Source of the DNA: Chloroflexota bacterium
Lineage (GTDB): Bacteria > Chloroflexota > Dehalococcoidia > Lucifugimonadales > UBA3495
DNA length: 64,000 nucleotides
Assembly (NCBI GenBank): GCA_027623815.1
Contig: JAQBUV010000002.1
Span: forward strand, 16,633 to 80,632
Direction of reading: 5' to 3'
Shown: positions 17,746-26,220 of the stretch, in pieces
Position numbering within the stretch: position 1 is the first letter of the stretch
How the letters are laid out: each line of letters starts with the position of its first letter
The notes under the pieces: model-generated
Database searches by the model: none
The model's input: the letters and a program-made list of their open reading frames with translations, nothing else
What the model was told of the DNA's origin: nothing
Position numbers and translations under genes: made by a program

Positions 17746-17821
17746 GGGGCTGTAGCTCATTTGGGAGAGCGCTTCAATGGCATTGAAGAGGTAGAGGGTT
17801 CGATTCCCTCCAGCTCCACCA
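17746..17821 (+). tRNA. tRNA-Ala (anticodon GGC), CCA encoded
   Basis: A 76-nt cloverleaf folded by hand. The acceptor is GGGGCTG/CAGCTCC with the G3:U70 alanine identity pair, the D arm is GCTC/GAGC, the anticodon loop is ATGGCAT, the T arm is GAGGG-TTCGATT-CCCTC, and it ends in ACCA. Confidence 0.95.
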
Positions 17822-17862
17822 ACCCCTCTGAAATCTGCAGGGACCGTTTAGCCTACCTCCAT

Positions 17863-18618
17863 TTACTCAGCAATGCTATCCGAGTAGTAAAACATCGCGA
17901 TAAACAATGCCAGGAAGTTTGCTTCTACCGATGGATCAGGTAATTCCCCATGCATTACAGGGTTTCTGATACTATCTAGTCGTTCTTCCAACCTTAATTT
18001 GGTGTCTAGACTTCTTAGCCGCTTTGCCAAGTTTGCTTGGTTTCGGTACAGGTAGATAGTAAATGCCTGATTGATTCGGTTGACGCTTTTAGGTTTTCTC
18101 TGATTAATGCCTGCTTTGAGCCTTAGCTGTTTAGGTATGGGGCGTATTACGGTTCCATTCGCTGACAAATAACGTCCGTTCACTCGGCATAGAAACTCTA
18201 GCTGAGCCAAGAGGTACATGGCGGCCATTGCTCCTCCACCCGCCCTAACTTGGCTGAAGTCATCTCTGTCGGATGGCAAGGCAGAGCTAAATTCAAGATG
18301 AGCGATCAAGAGCAATGCGGCTTTTATGGGCTGCACCCGGCGTCCGTTGAATCCAGTTCCTTTTCCGCTGAACTCTCTGCCGAAGTTAAGAATGGACTGA
18401 CCAACATCGCCCGAGTCTGCAAAGCCGCCCATGTGACTGCATGACTCAATGATTAATTTTTCGGCTATATGAACTTTGAGACGAGACGATAGATCGGTAA
18501 AACTCCAAGCGTCGAATATGCGTGGGGTTTTACTATTCAGGAGTTCTTGGTGGCCTCTGGTTGGTTTTCCCCAGGAGTTTCTACACCACTCCTCAAAGGA
18601 ATCTATCTCGTAGCTCAT
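17863..18618 (-). CDS. Hypothetical 251-aa protein with a C-terminal HEPN-like Rx4H motif (candidate toxin/Abi-type effector)
   Basis: It has an ATG start and is low-GC relative to its surroundings. The C-terminus 'RLDSIRNPVMHGELPDPSVEANFLALFIAMFYY' fits R-x4-H followed by a hydrophobic helix. I recognise no other family. Confidence 0.55.
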   Translation of the reverse strand: MSYEIDSFEEWCRNSWGKPTRGHQELLNSKTPRIFDAWSFTDLSSRLKVHIAEKLIIESCSHMGGFADSGDVGQSILNFGREFSGKGTGFNGRRVQPIKAALLLIAHLEFSSALPSDRDDFSQVRAGGGAMAAMYLLAQLEFLCRVNGRYLSANGTVIRPIPKQLRLKAGINQRKPKSVNRINQAFTIYLYRNQANLAKRLRSLDTKLRLEERLDSIRNPVMHGELPDPSVEANFLALFIAMFYYSDSIAE

Positions 18619-18699
18619 AAGCCCACCGGCGTTGGCATCAAGGCGTCTCCAGTTTTCGCTTAATCAACGCCCTGGTTATCTGGTAGTCGGTCTCCAGGT

Positions 18700-18921
18700 T
18701 CAGCCAGAAGCGGGCGGGAAAAATTCCCTAGCCTCAACGCCGCCTTGTTGCTCCCATTCGCCGCGCGCGTCGGCCAAGTTGGCCTGCAACTCCTCGTCTT
18801 CTCTGGCCTCCAACCACTCAGTGAGGGCCTCGGCAATAATGTCCTTGGCGTGGCGGCCTTTTCGCGCCGCTTCCACTTTCAAGGCCGTGTATAGCGCCTC
18901 ATCTTCGAAGATGACGGTCAT
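18700..18921 (-). CDS. Ribbon-helix-helix (CopG/antitoxin-like) DNA-binding protein
   Basis: 'MTVIFEDEALYTALKVEAARKGRHAKDIIAEALTEWLEA' shows the beta-strand/helix/helix pattern, followed by an acidic tail. I chose the ATG at 18921; the ORF-track start at 18987 is a TTG. Confidence 0.7.
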   Translation of the reverse strand: MTVIFEDEALYTALKVEAARKGRHAKDIIAEALTEWLEAREDEELQANLADARGEWEQQGGVEAREFFPPASG

Positions 18922-18997
18922 GTGTTTGGACAAATAAACTCCTAAACGTGTAAGTCCATCATATCCGCTTGGTCGCTCCTTTGGCAATGACTGCGTG

Positions 18998-19038
18998 CGA
19001 CAATAAACAAAGCCCCTTGATGATAAGTCAGGGGGCTT
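18998..19038 (-). terminator. Candidate terminator after the LLM oxidoreductase gene
   Basis: On the minus strand there is a stem AAGCCCC / GGGGCTT (7 bp, 15-nt loop) followed by TGTTTATTG. Confidence 0.5.
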
Positions 19039-19065
19039 CTACGTCAATTGACTTGTCGTTGTTGG

Positions 19066-20151
19066 TTACTTCCGCAGTTGCGGGGCAACCTCCTCACCAT
19101 AGAGGCGAATGGAGTTCAGCACCTGCTGTTCGGTTAGCTGGCCGCCCACGTTGGGCTCCATAATCACGCCGGCCAGTCCTAACTCGCTAATCAGGTTCTT
19201 CAGCTTCTTGGCGACTGTGTCTGGGGAGCCGTAGGCCAGGCGGTCTTCCAGCAGTTCTTCGTAGGTTACGTTGGACAGACGCTCATACCGTTGTTGGCGT
19301 TCCTCAGAGGCAGTCGTTCCCGCCGCCCCCGCTGATGCGGCAAAGTTCTCGGCCAGACGCTGGTAAGAGCGCACGGTACTCGCCCTGGGTTCCTCAATTC
19401 CTTGCTGGTCGGTCTCCCCAACGTAGATCGGCACCCGCAGATAGGCATCGCCTTTATTTTCGTGCCCGAAATCCTTCAGCGCTTGCCGGTAAGACTCCAT
19501 GTTTTTGGCGACTTCAGGGATATCAAACCCGCGCAGTCCGCTGACCACCGAATAGCCTAATTGGCCAACCATCGGGAAGGTGTCCGAGGTGGTGGCGGCG
19601 ATGCGGATGGGCGGGTGCGGCTTCTGGTAAGGTCGCGGCATCACGCACAGGTTGTCGAAGGAGTAATACTTGCCTTCGTAGGTCAGCCGGTCATTGTTCC
19701 AAGCCTGGGTGATAATCTCCAGGTTCTCCTGGAATCGCTCCCTGCTTTCGGCGTAGGGTATGCCGTAGCCGATGTATGACCTGGGAAAGCCGCTGCGACC
19801 TACGCCGAAGTCCAAACGGCCCTGGCTGATCTGGTCAACGGTGGCGGCTTCTTCGGCCAGCCGGATGGGGTGGCACAGAGGCAGCACGCTGACGCCGGTG
19901 CCAATGCGGATGCGCTTGGTGCGGGCGGCGATGGCGCTGGCCCACACCAGCGGCACCGATACTACCGACGGTATGCCAGCGCCCATTGGGTCGGTGGGTG
20001 TGCGGTGCATCGCGAAATGCCGCTCGGCCAGCCAGACTCCGTCCAAGCCACGTTCTTCTGCCGTTTCGGCGATTGTGAAGGCCTCTTGGAAGGCTTCCTC
20101 TTGAGTCCTTCCCTGTCGAAAGTCGCATTCCATGACTAGACCGACGTGCAT
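19066..20151 (-). CDS. LLM-class (luciferase-like) flavin/F420-dependent oxidoreductase
   Basis: 361 aa. The N-terminus 'MHVGLVMEC...ERGLDGVWLAERHF' and TIM-barrel LLM features are present. The RBS is AGGAGG with 6-nt spacing. Confidence 0.85.
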   Translation of the reverse strand: MHVGLVMECDFRQGRTQEEAFQEAFTIAETAEERGLDGVWLAERHFAMHRTPTDPMGAGIPSVVSVPLVWASAIAARTKRIRIGTGVSVLPLCHPIRLAEEAATVDQISQGRLDFGVGRSGFPRSYIGYGIPYAESRERFQENLEIITQAWNNDRLTYEGKYYSFDNLCVMPRPYQKPHPPIRIAATTSDTFPMVGQLGYSVVSGLRGFDIPEVAKNMESYRQALKDFGHENKGDAYLRVPIYVGETDQQGIEEPRASTVRSYQRLAENFAASAGAAGTTASEERQQRYERLSNVTYEELLEDRLAYGSPDTVAKKLKNLISELGLAGVIMEPNVGGQLTEQQVLNSIRLYGEEVAPQLRK

Positions 20152-20174
20152 GTTTTGCCTCCTGCTATTCTCAT

Positions 20175-20200
20175 GGGAACGAATGCTGGGAACGAATGCT
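20175..20200. repeat. Perfect 13-bp tandem duplication (GGGAACGAATGCT x2) in the 5' leader of the LLM gene
   Basis: 20175-20187 is identical to 20188-20200. The repeat lies 24-49 nt upstream of the minus-strand start at 20151. Confidence 0.95.
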
Positions 20201-20242
20201 GATTTACTTGCCCACTTCTCAAATGCGGGCTGCTCAACTCAG

Positions 20243-20440
20243 CTAGCCCGTGTAAGTGTTGGGGCTGGCCAGAAACTTGGTGCGGCAGTCCATACTACAA
20301 AAATAGTACCACTGGCCGTTGTGGAAGCTGCGAGTGCCCATGTTGGGGTCTACTTCAGCAGCCCCGTGCGCCGTCTGGCCCGTAGAGGCCCGCGCTCCTG
20401 ATTCGTCAATGTCTTTGCCGCATACCGGGTCTTTGGGCAT
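20243..20440 (-). CDS. YHS (TRASH-like) metal-binding domain protein
   Basis: 65 aa. 'DPVCGKDI' ... 'YYFCSMDCRTKF' is the YHS-domain Cys pattern. Confidence 0.8.
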   Translation of the reverse strand: MPKDPVCGKDIDESGARASTGQTAHGAAEVDPNMGTRSFHNGQWYYFCSMDCRTKFLASPNTYTG

Positions 20441-20481
20441 GTAAAAATCTCCTGCTGGTCTAAGCTAAATAGTTATATATA

Positions 20482-21657
20482 TCAAGCGACCGGAATCTGA
20501 TCCATACCCAGCCAGACTTTGCCGGGCTGGTCGATCAAAGCCTTGGAAATCCGGGCGCGGTGCTCGAAGCTGGTGCCTAGTCGCATCGTCCAAGCCGTCA
20601 CCCGTCGATACCACAAGTGCAGGTCAAACTCCATCATAAAGCCCATGCCGCCGTGGAGCACCTGACTTGAGCGCACTGCCGCCTGGCATTTGTCGTTGCA
20701 GAAAGCCTTGGCCTGGGAAACTTCGATACTGGCCGGGAGACCCTCGTCCATCTTCCACAGGGCTTCGTAGGTCAATAATTGCGCCCCATCGACCCAGATG
20801 GTCATGTCGGCGCACATGTGCTGCACCGACTGGAACGCCCCGATGGGACGACCGAAGGCGACCCGGTTTTTGGCGTACTCAATGGCCATTTCAATGTCTT
20901 TGCGAGCCGCTCCGACCATTTGGGCGCACAATAAAACGGTGGCCCGGTCTAGCATGGCCTGCGCTACAGTCCAACCCTGGTTCAGTTCGCCGACCAGGTT
21001 GGCTTTGGGGACTCGCACCTGGTTAAATTCGACCTTGCTCTGCTTGTCCTTGGCCAAGGTCACCAGAGGGGTGTGCGAAATTCCCGGCGTGTTGGTGTTA
21101 ACCAGGAACATGGAAATGCCCTGGTTGTCTGCTGACGCCGGAGCGGTGCGACAGGCCACCAGGCATTTTTCGGCGACGTTAAAGTTGTCCACGAACATCT
21201 TGGTGCCGGTGATGACGTAGTGGTCGCCATCGGCCACGGCTTGAGCCTGTACCGCTTCGGGCAACAGTCGAGGGTCTTGCTCCTGAAATGCCCAGGTCAT
21301 GATTAAGCTGCCCTGGCTGACTCTGGGTAGCACTTCCTGGCGCTGCTCCTCGGTGCCGTCACTGGCGATGGTCAATGCCGGAACGACGGTGCTGTGGAAG
21401 GGCACTGGAGCGATGGAGCGTCCCACCTCTTCCAGGATCAGTGCCAGGTAAGTCAGTGGCAAGCCCTGGCCGTCGTAGGCCTCAGGGATAGACATCCCGA
21501 ACCAACCCAGTTGGGCCATCTTGTTCCACAGTTCCGGCGGGTAGCCCTGGTCGTCCTTTTCCATGTCCCGGGCCAACCGGGGAGGGGACTCGGCCTCAAG
21601 AAATTCTCGGGCCAAGTTTTTCACCATCTGTTCTTCTTCGCTGGGTAGTACGTCCAT
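20482..21657 (-). CDS. Acyl-CoA dehydrogenase family protein
   Basis: 391 aa with an N-terminal helical domain, a middle beta-domain 'AFQEQD...TGTKMFV' and a C-terminal 'YAKNRVAFGRPIGAFQSVQHMCADM'. Confidence 0.9.
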   Translation of the reverse strand: MDVLPSEEEQMVKNLAREFLEAESPPRLARDMEKDDQGYPPELWNKMAQLGWFGMSIPEAYDGQGLPLTYLALILEEVGRSIAPVPFHSTVVPALTIASDGTEEQRQEVLPRVSQGSLIMTWAFQEQDPRLLPEAVQAQAVADGDHYVITGTKMFVDNFNVAEKCLVACRTAPASADNQGISMFLVNTNTPGISHTPLVTLAKDKQSKVEFNQVRVPKANLVGELNQGWTVAQAMLDRATVLLCAQMVGAARKDIEMAIEYAKNRVAFGRPIGAFQSVQHMCADMTIWVDGAQLLTYEALWKMDEGLPASIEVSQAKAFCNDKCQAAVRSSQVLHGGMGFMMEFDLHLWYRRVTAWTMRLGTSFEHRARISKALIDQPGKVWLGMDQIPVA

Positions 21658-21699
21658 AATGCTGATTAACCTGCGACGATTTTTTTGTTATCTTGAATA

Positions 21700-22902
21700 T
21701 TAACCCCGGGGCATGCCCAACCCGCGACGGGCGACCTGGTCGCGCATCACCTGGGCGCTGCCATGATTGATGCCTGATTGGAAGGCGCCCATCAGGTTGT
21801 GGGCGAATACGCCGCCTTCAATGTTGTCTTCGGAACTGCTCAACAACTGGCCGTAGGCACCCAGTATCTGAGCGATGGTCTCGGTGGTTTTAACGCCATG
21901 CTCGGGTGCCCAGACCTTCTCAGCTGACCCTTCGTAAGTGAAGGTGCCGCCCCGCTCAACCAGCGACATGCTGCGCATGGTCATCAAACGGCAGACCTGG
22001 GCTTCGATCCAAAGCTCAGCCAGTCGGTCACGCACCGCCGGGTCTTGGGAAGGGCCATAGCCGCCCATATCGTTTTCTTTGACCCAGTTGATAATGTCTT
22101 CGTCGCGCTGCACCGATAGGAGATACCGGCTGGCCCCTACCCGGTCTAGGTTAAGGCCCAACGCGCCCACATACCAGCCGGTGTTTTCCTCGCCCAGCAT
22201 ACATGAAGCAGGTATGTGAACGTCTTCAAAAAAGACCTCGTTGGTGCGACGGTCGCCATAGGTGGTGCGGCGGGGGGCCGGTGGGTCGTTCTGGATCGTC
22301 CACAGGGGCCGCACCGTGATCCCTGGCGTTTCCATTGGCACTAGGAAAATGGAGATGCCCTTGTGTCGGGGAGCCTCCGGGTCGGTGCGGGCCATCAAGT
22401 ATATGTGGCTGCCGCTGTGAGCGCGGGTGGTGTACATTTTCTGGCCGTTAATGACGAACTCGTCGCCGTCACGGACCGCGCGGCATTGGAGACCGGCCAG
22501 GTCAGCACCGGCTTGTGGTTCGGTGAAACCCAGGGCAAAGGAAATCTCGCCCCGAATCAGTCCCGGCAGGAAGTATTTCTTTTGCTCTTCGGTGCCTGCT
22601 GCCAGAATCGCCGGTGCGCCGCTGCCCGCGCCGCCGACTTCGACGCCAACACGGCCAAACTCTTCCTCGACGATATACTGGTCGATGCGGCTGCCGCCCT
22701 GCCCGCCGTACTCTTTCGGCCAGCTAATACCGATCCAGCCCCTATCGGCTACTTTCTGGTACATCTCGCGGGTTTTAGGGCCTCGGCTACGCACCCCAGA
22801 TTCTTCAACCTCGGCTAGAATCTCTGGGGTCACGTATTCTGCAATGAATTGACGCACTTCCTCCCGAAGGGTTTGTTGTTCTGGCGTGTACGCAAAATCC
22901 AT
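21700..22902 (-). CDS. Acyl-CoA dehydrogenase family protein
   Basis: 400 aa with 'GFTEPQAGADLAGLQCRAVRDGDEFVINGQKMYTT' and a typical ACAD N-terminus 'MDFAYTPEQQTLREEVRQF'. Confidence 0.9.
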   Translation of the reverse strand: MDFAYTPEQQTLREEVRQFIAEYVTPEILAEVEESGVRSRGPKTREMYQKVADRGWIGISWPKEYGGQGGSRIDQYIVEEEFGRVGVEVGGAGSGAPAILAAGTEEQKKYFLPGLIRGEISFALGFTEPQAGADLAGLQCRAVRDGDEFVINGQKMYTTRAHSGSHIYLMARTDPEAPRHKGISIFLVPMETPGITVRPLWTIQNDPPAPRRTTYGDRRTNEVFFEDVHIPASCMLGEENTGWYVGALGLNLDRVGASRYLLSVQRDEDIINWVKENDMGGYGPSQDPAVRDRLAELWIEAQVCRLMTMRSMSLVERGGTFTYEGSAEKVWAPEHGVKTTETIAQILGAYGQLLSSSEDNIEGGVFAHNLMGAFQSGINHGSAQVMRDQVARRGLGMPRG

Positions 22903-23192
22903 AAAAGGCCTCTCTTTATCGTCAGGTAGGCTACCCGGAAAATTTTGCCGGCAAACTCTGATAGTAAACTTTGGTAGGAACCTACGTGCTTGACTGATAT
23001 GCTTCGGTAGCTGCGGCCATTATAGTACGTCTGCCCCTGAGTGTCACCAGATAGCGTCTAAAGACCAGGGTTAGTCCCGTTTACCGTGTTTGACACTCGA
23101 TGCGCCTCAAATCATAATACCAAACATCTGATTTGGGTAACCTTTGTTTCTGAATTCCTACCTAACCAGCTTATGTATTTAGAGGTGAAAAG

Positions 23193-24293
23193 ATGCCAAC
23201 GAAGTACCAAGACTGGGAATTGACCTCCGCCGAGCAGAAGAAGTTTGGCGATTGGATGGCCAGAATTATGACCGGTCACACCGGCACCACCGACGTCCGC
23301 AACGAGCACGTCAACTGGACGCCACCGGCCAAGCCGCTTACCGAGTCTGTCGTCGGCCTCTTCACCACCGGGGGAGTCCATTTGAAAAGTGACACCCCAT
23401 TCGACGTGATTAGCGCGCACGGCGACTGGACTTTCCGGACGATTCCTGGTGATGTTGACACCTCCTCGGACTTGACCATTACCCACACCCACTACAACCA
23501 CGTTGACGCCGACCGGGATGTTAACTGCATGTTCCCCCTGGACCGGCTGCGGGAACTCAAACAACAAGGCGTGATTGGCGACGTAGCTCCCAACGCCTAC
23601 ACCATCATGGGGTTCAATCCAGACCCGGCCAAACTGATCGAGGAGACCGCTCCCGAAGTGGCCCGACGGTTCAAGGCCGACGGCGTTGATCTGGTGTTTA
23701 TGACCTGTGGTTGACCCGTCTGTCACCGGTCTGTAGGACTGGTACAAAACCAGATTGAAGGGGCGGGCGTCACCACCGTTTCCATGTCGGTGCAGCCGCA
23801 CATCACCGCTACCGTCGGTGTGCCTCGGGGGATTTTCCTGCGCTACCCGGCGGGCAACCAGGTGGGCGAGGCGGGCAAGCCGATACAGCAGCGGGCCATC
23901 CTGACCGCCGCATTGGAGTCGGCTTATAGTATCGAGTCTCCGGGTACGGTGATCGAACTTCCCTTCCGCTGGCGCAGGTTTCCCACTGAAGAAGAGCCAG
24001 TTTTCCAGGGCAAGTCCAGCGGGCCGCGACACCGGCAGGCCGAAGTAATCGGTGAGACTCTGGACACGATGGTGCGACAGGCTCGGGAGTATAAATCCTG
24101 GCTGGAAGGGCGGCGTTCCCAGGAAGAGGCCAGCGCCACTCCGATACTTGGATTATCCGGGGCTTTGCGCGCTCAAGTGGAGCGAGTTGACCAGTTGATC
24201 GAGGTTCTGGACACCAGCACGCTGGACCAGTACCGGGAGGTAGTGAACTCCATCGCCACCCTGGAACTGCGGGCCAGCGGCAAGTTTGTGTAG
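23193..24293 (+). CDS. Glycine/sarcosine/betaine/D-proline reductase selenoprotein-B (GrdB/PrdB) family protein with an in-frame UGA (selenocysteine) at 23712-23714
   Basis: ORFs 23193-23714 and 23784-24293 are in the same frame, and no other stop lies between 23715 and 23783. The read-through context is 'VFMTCG-U-PVCHRS' (UxxC). 'HYNHVDADRDVNCMFPLDRLRELKQQGVIGDV' resembles the GrdB-family 'D.N...P.D.LREL..EG.IG' block. Confidence 0.7.
23725..23743 (+). promoter_or_regulatory. Candidate bacterial SECIS hairpin
   Basis: A 7-bp stem ACCGGTC / GACTGGT (one G.U pair) with loop TGTAG starts 10 nt after the UGA. Confidence 0.4.
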
Positions 24294-24328
24294 TTTTTTC
24301 TATAAGTCGGTAAGTTGGATCGGTCCAG

Positions 24329-24565
24329 ATGTACTTCGAACTGGTAAGCCGAATCACCAACGTCGAAACCATTGCCATTGGAAGCTCAATTTATGAAATA
24401 GCCAGGCTACGACGGTTGTACGGGAGGGGACGTTGGAGAAAGCAAAAGGGCGTAGCGACTGTACGATTCGCCGATGGCACATTGTGTGAGGCTGAGATAC
24501 ACTGGTATGAAGCCCACGGTATTGGCCGGAAGGAAATTAAGCTGAAGCGCATTATCAGAGTGTAG
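24329..24565 (+). CDS. Small basic protein of unknown function (78 aa), first gene of a coupled pair
   Basis: It is Arg/Lys-rich ('RLRRLYGRGRWRKQKG', 'HWYEAHGIGRKEIKLKR'). Its stop lies 2 nt before the next ATG. Confidence 0.6.
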   Translation: MYFELVSRITNVETIAIGSSIYEIARLRRLYGRGRWRKQKGVATVRFADGTLCEAEIHWYEAHGIGRKEIKLKRIIRV

Positions 24566-24567
24566 CG

Positions 24568-24807
24568 ATGTCTCAAGCCAGTTCAACGCAGAAATCTCAC
24601 TACGTCGTTTGTGTTATGAACGACGACTATCCAGTATCTATTGAATTGAGAAAGATATATAGAAGTGTGCCAGATTCCGAGGCGAGTGGGCAGAGCTTAA
24701 TCCGCGTGGTTGACGAGTCGGGGGAAGATTATCTGTATCCAGCAGACTATTTCGTCCCGATCAAATTGCCTAAAGCTGCCGAAAAAGCCTTCTCGGTTTC
24801 AAACTAA
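24568..24807 (+). CDS. Small acidic protein of unknown function (79 aa), second gene of a coupled pair
   Basis: 'YVVCVMNDDYPVSIELRKIY...IRVVDESGEDYLYPADYF' is Asp/Glu-rich. Its ATG lies 2 nt after the upstream stop. Confidence 0.6.
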   Translation: MSQASSTQKSHYVVCVMNDDYPVSIELRKIYRSVPDSEASGQSLIRVVDESGEDYLYPADYFVPIKLPKAAEKAFSVSN

Positions 24808-24852
24808 GCAAGACTGAGCCAGTCTAAGTATGATGGGTACCTCGGCCCGGAT

Positions 24853-26220
24853 ATGAACCGCTCCATTTTAATCTTGCCTGCCAATGACCTGGGCCTCTTC
24901 ACCGACCTGTATGAGCTGACCATGGCCCAGGCCTTCTACCAACAAGGCATGTTCGCCCCGGCCACCTTCAGCCTCTTCGCCCGCCAGTACCCGCCCAACC
25001 GGGCCTATCTGGTCGCCGCCGGGCTGGACGACGTGCTGGCCTATCTGGAAAATTTCCACTTTAGCCCGGACAACCTGGACTACCTGCGCTCCACCGGCAT
25101 CTTCGACGGCAACTTCTTGGAATACCTGAAAGACCTGAGGTTCACCGGCAGCGTCCGGGCCATACCCGAAGGCCGCTTGTTCTTCGCCAACGAGCCAGTG
25201 CTGGAAGTGACTGCCCCTATAATTGAGGCGCAAATCGCCGAGACCTTTATCATCAATCAGGTCAACTTCCAGTCGCTGCTGACCACCAAAGCCGCTCGCT
25301 GTGTGTTTGCCGCCCAAGGCCGCCCCCTGGCGGACTTCGCGGCTCGACGCACCCACGGCATTGACGCCGCCTTGAAAATGGCCCGCTGTGGCTATATCGC
25401 CGGCTTCCAGTCCACCAGCAATGTACTGGCCTCGCAGCGGTACGGTATCCCGCCCTCTGGCACTATGGCCCACTCCCTCATTTCCAGCTTCGTTTCTGAG
25501 ATCGACGCCTTTCGCGCTTACGCTGAGTCGTTTCCCGACCGGGCGGTCTTGCTACTGGATACCTACGATACCATCCAGGGGGCCTACCACGCCGCAGTCG
25601 TGGCCAGGGAAATGAAAGCCGCCGGGCACAAGTTGGTTGCGGTACGTTTGGACTCTGGCGACTTCGCTGATTTGAGCCAGCGGGTGCGCCGGATATTGGA
25701 TGAGGCTAATCTGGGCTACGTGAAGATAGTCGCCAGTGGCGGGTTGGATGAGTACGAGATAGAGAGGCTGGTACAGGCCCAAGCGCCCATCGACAGCTTT
25801 GGGGTGGGCACCAAGGTTGGGGTATCCGCAGACGCTCCCTGGTCTGATATGGCGTACAAGCTGGTGGCTTACAATGGGCGTTCAGTGATGAAGCTGAGCG
25901 CGGACAAGGCGTCGATGCCCGGACCCAAGCAGGTAATGCGCCTTTTAGACACAAATGGTAAATTTTCGCGGGACATCATCGCCCAAAGCGACGAAAGTTT
26001 GCCCGGAGCAGAACCGCTGCTTCAGTCCGTGATGTCAAATGGTCAGCCCACCGCTCCCAGTCCTACTTTGGACGAAATACGCAATACGTTGGCCAATGAC
26101 CTCCAGCGTCTGGACGATCAACACAAAGGTCTTTACAATCCACCACACTATCCGGTTGGTATTAGCGGCCAGCTGGAGCAACTTGCGCGGCAAGTCCGCT
26201 CAAACATCGAAGAATCTTAA
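24853..26220 (+). CDS. pncB: Nicotinate phosphoribosyltransferase
   Basis: 455 aa with 'TDLYELTMAQAFY', 'GTMAHSLI' and 'VRLDSGD' NAPRTase motifs. Confidence 0.9.
   Translation: MNRSILILPANDLGLFTDLYELTMAQAFYQQGMFAPATFSLFARQYPPNRAYLVAAGLDDVLAYLENFHFSPDNLDYLRSTGIFDGNFLEYLKDLRFTGSVRAIPEGRLFFANEPVLEVTAPIIEAQIAETFIINQVNFQSLLTTKAARCVFAAQGRPLADFAARRTHGIDAALKMARCGYIAGFQSTSNVLASQRYGIPPSGTMAHSLISSFVSEIDAFRAYAESFPDRAVLLLDTYDTIQGAYHAAVVAREMKAAGHKLVAVRLDSGDFADLSQRVRRILDEANLGYVKIVASGGLDEYEIERLVQAQAPIDSFGVGTKVGVSADAPWSDMAYKLVAYNGRSVMKLSADKASMPGPKQVMRLLDTNGKFSRDIIAQSDESLPGAEPLLQSVMSNGQPTAPSPTLDEIRNTLANDLQRLDDQHKGLYNPPHYPVGISGQLEQLARQVRSNIEES

Noticed and set aside
17830-19065. Calling the low-GC islet a bona fide integrative mobile element
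   Set aside because: There is no integrase, recombinase or transposase gene, and I found no direct repeat of the tRNA 3' end at the distal border. Only composition, the tRNA-adjacent position and the tRNA-like remnant support foreign origin.
22903-23192. Possible glycine riboswitch or other leader upstream of the GrdB-like selenoprotein gene
   Set aside because: No tandem GGAGAG...ACCGAAGGGGCAA-type glycine aptamer motifs are visible. Only a short GTAGG-AA-CCTAC palindrome is present, which is too weak to call.
23112-24032. 306-aa minus-strand ORF (also 23809-24378) opposite the GrdB-like gene
   Set aside because: This is a shadow ORF. The plus strand carries the conserved GrdB-family block and a coherent read-through frame.
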